Positions 59,421 through 64,000 of a DNA stretch of 64,000 bases are shown here, piece after piece. The DNA lies in contig JAZKYL010000153.1 in assembly GCA_045612105.1 (NCBI GenBank), forward strand, positions 14,832 through 78,831, read 5' to 3'. The notes under the pieces were generated by a model. The model ran no database searches and had not been told where the DNA came from. It saw nothing but the letters and a program-made list of their open reading frames with translations. How positions within the stretch are numbered: the stretch's first letter is position 1; each line of letters begins with the position of its first letter. A program made the position numbers and the translations under genes. Source of the DNA: Eubacteriales bacterium (GTDB lineage: Bacteria > Bacillota > Clostridia > Oscillospirales > CAG-272).

Positions 59421-60263
59421 TCAATCCGAAGCGGTAAAGCTCAAGCATTCATCTGAATCATCTGAATCGTCTGAATATTCCCATGTTCGTATCTCAGGTT
59501 TATAGAGGTCCTTTCGGAAAACTCTCTCATAAGTACTAATCAAAGTGATATAGAGATACAGAGAATCGAAGTCATTCGTGTAATAGAATTGGCGTGCCAC
59601 ATGACCGGCAAGAGTCTTGTTATTGACAATCACGCGCTTAATTGCATCAGCAATCTCATCATGACTCAAATAATCAGCCATATAGTAAGGATGCTCTTTT
59701 CGATACGACACATCTCGCTTAGAATCATAACGCTCCTTGGGAAGCGCAGGATCCATCTCTCGACAACACTTATGAAGTTCGTCCTCGATTTCAAACGCAA
59801 TGTCTCCACCTGAGAACACCGAGTAGCACACGCTATAGCGACATACATTATAGAAAAAATCGCAAAGCTGTTCTTTATTCATAAGATTCAAGTATTTGCC
59901 TAGGAGGTTACCATCGCACTCCTCATCGGGGTCCAGATGTTTTATCTGGTGTTCAAAGTATTCGTTATTGAAGGACTCTTGCGCAACCCAAAGCAACCGT
60001 TCTGCCATACAAATACGAATACACTCATCAAGAGGACAGCAGCCAACGATCTCTGCCTCGAACATACTAATCCCTTCCATGGTCCCATCTACGAGTGCAC
60101 TGTAGACATCCCTGAGGAAATATTCCGTATCAATTCCGGGTTTAACATAGAGATACTCATGAGCGAGAATGGTATAGGCAAGATCTGCATCAAATATACA
60201 GTTCAACTCCTCGTCATGTGCACAATAGCGGTCAATGTACTCAATAATTTCTCTGTTCTTCAT
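59421..60263 (-). CDS. unknown family 'A', paralog 1 (280 aa, acidic tail SDDSDDSDE)
   Basis: LYVKPGIDTEYFLRDV and QESFNNEYFEHQI are shared with the products of 60895-61758 and 62692-63312. Confidence 0.6.
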   Translation of the reverse strand: MKNREIIEYIDRYCAHDEELNCIFDADLAYTILAHEYLYVKPGIDTEYFLRDVYSALVDGTMEGISMFEAEIVGCCPLDECIRICMAERLLWVAQESFNNEYFEHQIKHLDPDEECDGNLLGKYLNLMNKEQLCDFFYNVCRYSVCYSVFSGGDIAFEIEDELHKCCREMDPALPKERYDSKRDVSYRKEHPYYMADYLSHDEIADAIKRVIVNNKTLAGHVARQFYYTNDFDSLYLYITLISTYERVFRKDLYKPEIRTWEYSDDSDDSDECLSFTASD

Positions 60264-60353
60264 TTTTTTAATCTCCTTTATATAATTAATTTATTTAATT
60301 TTTTTGAGGGGCTATGGGCTTATAACATAGCCCCATTATTATGTAATCAGCGC

Positions 60354-60845
60354 TTAGAATGGACAAAAGTCGCCAAACTTTCTAGGCACAAAGGTTTCCT
60401 TGGGGGGCATTTCCATATCATTTACATCCACTCTCGTAGGTTGCGTCTCTGTCCAAGCAGGAAGTGATATCTGCTGATCACGATTCAAACAGAAGGCAAC
60501 TTTAGCAATCTGACGACCCTTGTATACGTCATGCATCACATAAACAGCGCCAGTCTTACCCAGCCAATTCTCGCAGCTGGATCGCTCTCCTGCAGAGATA
60601 TCAAACGAATTGAAGAATTCTCCCAGAAGCTGATTTGTTCTAGCCGCATTCTCGCGATTGTACCAGATATAATATCTGAGCTTGTTGCTGTGCCCGTTGA
60701 CTTCAAGAGAAATTTCAAGTCCTTCCGTGCCATTCTTCGCCACAGTTTCAATGGCATTAATGATTCTTACTCGGTACTTGCCCTCATCAAGAAGGTTTGC
60801 CTTGTTTGCACTGTAGTCGTTAGCGTCGTAATTCCAATTAATCAT
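60354..60845 (-). CDS. DUF669-like protein, paralog 2
   Basis: Start moved to MINWNYD (ATG 60843-60845, AAAGGAA RBS), which removes the overlap with the upstream gene. Homologous to the 58294-58734 product. Confidence 0.5.
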   Translation of the reverse strand: MINWNYDANDYSANKANLLDEGKYRVRIINAIETVAKNGTEGLEISLEVNGHSNKLRYYIWYNRENAARTNQLLGEFFNSFDISAGERSSCENWLGKTGAVYVMHDVYKGRQIAKVAFCLNRDQQISLPAWTETQPTRVDVNDMEMPPKETFVPRKFGDFCPF

Positions 60846-60894
60846 AGTAGAATTCCTTTCAGTTATATAAATTTTTTTATTATTTTCGTTTATT

Positions 60895-61758
60895 TTATTT
60901 AGACTTAACTGCCATAAACTTGCCTGCCTTGTTTCGGTGGATAAACTGGGAATTTCCTTCAATACCATTTTCGAGACAAATCTTATCCAGATCAGTAATG
61001 GTAGGACTGAAAATCTCCAGTTCAAACATATCTGTAAACCACAGGGCCAAAGCAGTGTAGTCAGCCGCAGTTGACGTGTCGGTATGCTTGAACACCTTAA
61101 TCATATGCGCAAGCATTACCGGATCGTCAATGTACTTGCAAACAACAGCAATGATAGTTTCTCTGGTTATGTACTCAAATGGGAATTCCCAATTGTTATC
61201 AATATAAGAAACGTGCTTGTCATAATCCTTCATATACCAAGGATCGTTCTGAATCACCACCATAGAACACTCCTGAAGTTCTTCCATCATTTTGTCAAAG
61301 TTTTCGTCACTAATAAAGGCATCATAATTTCCCTTAAAAGTGAGAATACCCTCAAACACAGAACGGAGTTCTTTTTCGTCCAGCCAATACATATTGCGTT
61401 CAAGAAGGGATTCGTCGTACTTTTCGTGCATAACCATATGCGCACACTGGGATTCATAGTATGCCTGATCAAACAGCGAACGCGCAACACTGATAGCCTC
61501 AGCCGACATTTTACCATAGAGCCATACATAATACGGAACCCCATGCTTTGTTTCTGAGTGCTTTTTGTTCAGGTCTCTCCAAGCATTCTCAAGAATCTTA
61601 TTAATCTTCGTCAGAAACCTAGCTGTGTCATTGCCAGGTCTAATGTAATAGTATCCATGCACGATTGCTGTGAATGCTTCGTCCGTGCTATAGGCTACCT
61701 TCTGCTCACTTGAGCACACAAGTCTGTTGATAATGTTAATTACGTCTTTGTTAGTCAT
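60895..61758 (-). CDS. unknown family 'A', paralog 2 (287 aa)
   Basis: YYIRPGNDTARFLTKI and RSLFDQAYYESQC motifs shared with the other two paralogs. Confidence 0.6.
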   Translation of the reverse strand: MTNKDVINIINRLVCSSEQKVAYSTDEAFTAIVHGYYYIRPGNDTARFLTKINKILENAWRDLNKKHSETKHGVPYYVWLYGKMSAEAISVARSLFDQAYYESQCAHMVMHEKYDESLLERNMYWLDEKELRSVFEGILTFKGNYDAFISDENFDKMMEELQECSMVVIQNDPWYMKDYDKHVSYIDNNWEFPFEYITRETIIAVVCKYIDDPVMLAHMIKVFKHTDTSTAADYTALALWFTDMFELEIFSPTITDLDKICLENGIEGNSQFIHRNKAGKFMAVKSK

Positions 61759-61804
61759 TTTAATTTACCTCTTTCATAATTTATTGTAATTTTAGATTCT
61801 TTAA

Positions 61805-62188
61805 TTAAAGCTCTATCGGTGGAAGTTTCTTCAGCTCTTTCCACTCTTCAAGATCAATGGTTGTATAAATGTAATCGCTAGAAGGTTGGTTATATTTAGA
61901 CCAACAGTCCAACATTGATTTCAAGCAATCAGGATCGTTCTCAATCTCCAGATAAGTTTCAATCTTATTCATGTCCTTTGCAAATACTCGAATTTCAATA
62001 CCCGGAGCTACGTGCATTGTGACATCATGGTTAAGATAAATGTTTTTGGCAATATCTTTGTGAAGATCTTTGAGTTTAATATTCTCAAACTCCTTCTCAC
62101 AATAATTGCCGTTCTCATTGTAGTGTCCCACCACCGCACAGACGGTGGTGTATTTGTTATAAGTGGTCTTATTGATATTTGCTTTCAT
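61805..62188 (-). CDS. hypothetical protein (127 aa)
   Basis: ORF in the unidirectional array. Confidence 0.5.
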   Translation of the reverse strand: MKANINKTTYNKYTTVCAVVGHYNENGNYCEKEFENIKLKDLHKDIAKNIYLNHDVTMHVAPGIEIRVFAKDMNKIETYLEIENDPDCLKSMLDCWSKYNQPSSDYIYTTIDLEEWKELKKLPPIEL

Positions 62189-62224
62189 CTTGTTATTTCT
62201 CCTTATGTTTTATTGTTTTTTATT

Positions 62225-62623
62225 TCAAGCAACAGTAAGATTAATTTCTGCTACTGGAATTACGTGTTTCTTTGCTTTTGGAAAAACACCTGGTGCTCGT
62301 ACAGGGTACTTGTTGAGAATATATTCTCCAGCGCTAGTCTTGAACATCACGGTAATCTGATCGGCACACCCCGAGAAGTACGACTTGTTGCAGTCTACTA
62401 CCACACCAATAACCTGAATAAGGTTTGAAGGACCTGCATTGACACAAACACAAGTATCATTTGTTTCAATCGCACAGTTCAAAGTTTCAATATGCTTTGC
62501 GAAAGCACTGTTAGTTCCTACACGAAGATGTCCAAGTTTTGTGACATCAACAAAGAAAGAATGAACGGAACCGAGCGCATAGCTCGAGAGAGGGAGACTG
62601 GAATCATAGATAGAAATAGACAT
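62225..62623 (-). CDS. hypothetical protein (132 aa)
   Basis: ORF in the array behind a GGAGGT RBS. Confidence 0.5.
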   Translation of the reverse strand: MSISIYDSSLPLSSYALGSVHSFFVDVTKLGHLRVGTNSAFAKHIETLNCAIETNDTCVCVNAGPSNLIQVIGVVVDCNKSYFSGCADQITVMFKTSAGEYILNKYPVRAPGVFPKAKKHVIPVAEINLTVA

Positions 62624-62691
62624 AATGTACCTCCGAGTTTTATATTAGTTTATTTTCTGTACAAGGTTTAGATTAGTTCGAGGTTTTTTAC

Positions 62692-63312
62692 TCAACTAGC
62701 CATACACGAATCGATTGTAATTTCAAGATTATTAGGATTAAAAACATTCGTGCTGAGGGCGTTGTCAAGGTCAAGCAGCATGTTGGCGTAAGTGTATGCG
62801 GTGTTGGTATCTGCGTAACAGATGATCTTGGCCATCAGTCTAGCAAAACACTCATTATATGCTACACCATTGAACGCGCTGTCAATAGACTTAAAGGTAT
62901 TGAGAAGTTCGGAAAGTTCCTGATTCTGCTTAAATCCAAGTCTATCGCGGAATTTCTTGGTAGTTGTGCTAGTTACAAAGTTGATGTCGATCTCATCGAG
63001 CATCGAGTCGAAGTATTCTTCATCGAAGTTTTCCTTAATACAATTCATGAGCGCAAGCGATGTCGTGGTTCTTACACACTTGTTAAAGGGAATATGCTTG
63101 CCTCTGCGGACGTACATGATCTCCCCTGCTGCACGACTGTTTTCGAGACATTCGTGGACTTCTCTGTAGAACTTAGTTGTGTTTTCGCCAGGCTTAACGT
63201 ACAGGAACCCATTAGTAAGGGTGAGAAGCACTTCTCTGGAGTTGATGTGGTCGGGAATGGAGTTGATGTCTCCGATGTTCTGGATCATGGTAACAAATTC
63301 GTAGTTCTTCAT
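62692..63312 (-). CDS. unknown family 'A', paralog 3 (206 aa)
   Basis: LYVKPGENTTKFYREV and KENFDEEYFDSML motifs shared with the other two paralogs. Confidence 0.6.
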   Translation of the reverse strand: MKNYEFVTMIQNIGDINSIPDHINSREVLLTLTNGFLYVKPGENTTKFYREVHECLENSRAAGEIMYVRRGKHIPFNKCVRTTTSLALMNCIKENFDEEYFDSMLDEIDINFVTSTTTKKFRDRLGFKQNQELSELLNTFKSIDSAFNGVAYNECFARLMAKIICYADTNTAYTYANMLLDLDNALSTNVFNPNNLEITIDSCMAS

Positions 63313-63703
63313 AGTTGAATTCCTTTCATAAGTGAAATGTTGTTTTAGATTTCTTAAAAATTAGCACGTGGTTGTCATTGATTACAGATATAGGGGGGAC
63401 TACAGATAACTGAGAATGTGGGAATAGGAACAGCGCACGAAGATATAGAAATTAAATATGAAACATACACAGTTTTAAAAAACAGGGAGTAAAAAGTAAC
63501 TTAGGGTATAACTCAAAAAATTGAGGGGTGGTGGACTTACTAGTTCACTTTACTTTTTTAAAACTAGATATATTTATTTGTCAAGGTTCAGAGGGTACAG
63601 AAAGAACTGTACATTAGGTAACGAAAAATTTAAATGAAGGGACATCCACCGGGGTAAATAATTATAGAAAATGAAGATAATACAAATTTATCAAAAATTA
63701 ATA

Positions 63704-63857
63704 AATATCTCTCTTTCCTTCTTCATTATACAAAATGAAAATTCTATTATCTGGGCTTACTGAGACCAAAATGAAAATTATTTGAATTTTTTTAAAACAA
63801 CCAATATCTCTCTTTCCTTCTTCATTATACAAAATGAAAGTTCTATTATCTGGGCTT
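63704..63857. repeat. two 55-bp direct repeats (one mismatch) spaced 99 bp apart
   Basis: AATATCTCTCTTTCCTTCTTCATTATACAAAATGAAA[A/G]TTCTATTATCTGGGCTT at 63704-63758 and 63803-63857. Weaker similarity continues for about 20 bp past each copy. Confidence 0.9.
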
Positions 63858-64000
63858 GACAAGACCAAATAAAAAGAGTGACTTGTTTTCACAAATCACT
63901 CTAAATTTACTTATTATTTAACGAAACAATCTTACATCAGCATATTTTTTTAGGGTCTCATTAATCTCATAAGGAATAAATCGTCTATGACTATTACTTT

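Larger units (their letters stand above)
50307..64000. mobile_element. AT-rich accessory island adjacent to tRNA-Pro (possibly composite), with an internal tyrosine integrase; the right end lies beyond the window
   Basis: Base composition shifts abruptly, by eye, right after the tRNA terminator. Contents are defence-like genes, an integrase, and phage/mobile-type genes of unknown function. I could not find a direct repeat of the tRNA 3' end inside the window. Confidence 0.6.

Noticed and set aside
60846-61025. N-terminal extension of the DUF669-like ORF (60 extra codons)
   Set aside because: It overlaps the 3' end of the upstream family-A gene by 131 nt. An internal ATG at 60845 has an RBS and aligns with the start of the paralog.
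63698-63892. 64-aa ORF with internally repeated peptide SPDNR[TI]FILYNEEGKRDI
   Set aside because: The internal repeat simply reflects the 55-bp DNA direct repeats. There is no RBS, so I treat it as non-coding repeat DNA.
50240-64000. Search by eye for a second copy of the tRNA-Pro 3' end (attR-type direct repeat)
   Set aside because: No convincing match was seen inside the window, so island boundaries cannot be defined here and no att sites are claimed.

Overview
The window looks like a chromosomal segment of a low/medium-GC Firmicute. A Ruminococcus-like Clostridium is an inference from the dockerin module, the lipobox lipoproteins and the gene content. Positions 1-38.4 kb are ordinary core genome. 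They carry miaB, folD, lgt, a paired M16 peptidase, mrp, yceD-rpmF, tmcAL, ansA, a GH2 / rhamnose isomerase / esterase / AraC sugar cluster, mutS2, dxs, lnt, upp, mtaB, rpmB, rubrerythrin and rpsF-ssb-rpsR. Positions 38.7-49.9 kb hold two convergent giant lipoprotein genes. One is 1934 aa with a tandem module duplication. The other is 1720 aa and combines collagen-like Gly-X-Y repeats with BspA-type leucine-rich repeats. A tRNA-Pro(GGG) lies at 50188-50263. Immediately after it the sequence becomes visibly more AT-rich and stays so to the end of the window, which suggests an accessory island. The island contains three parts. (i) A divergent accessory RNase III-family gene sits beside a compact three-gene operon: TIR protein, ThsB/DUF1863-like TIR protein, and a single-pass membrane protein of unknown family. 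No recognisable ThsA is present. This is my best candidate for an undescribed defence system. (ii) A small DUF6809-like gene is translationally coupled to a tyrosine integrase. (iii) A unidirectional array of unknown genes is built from duplicated cassettes, with three paralogs of one unknown family, two DUF669-like paralogs and a Sel1-like protein. Iteron-like and promoter-like direct repeats flank the array. No rRNA genes or CRISPR arrays were seen.
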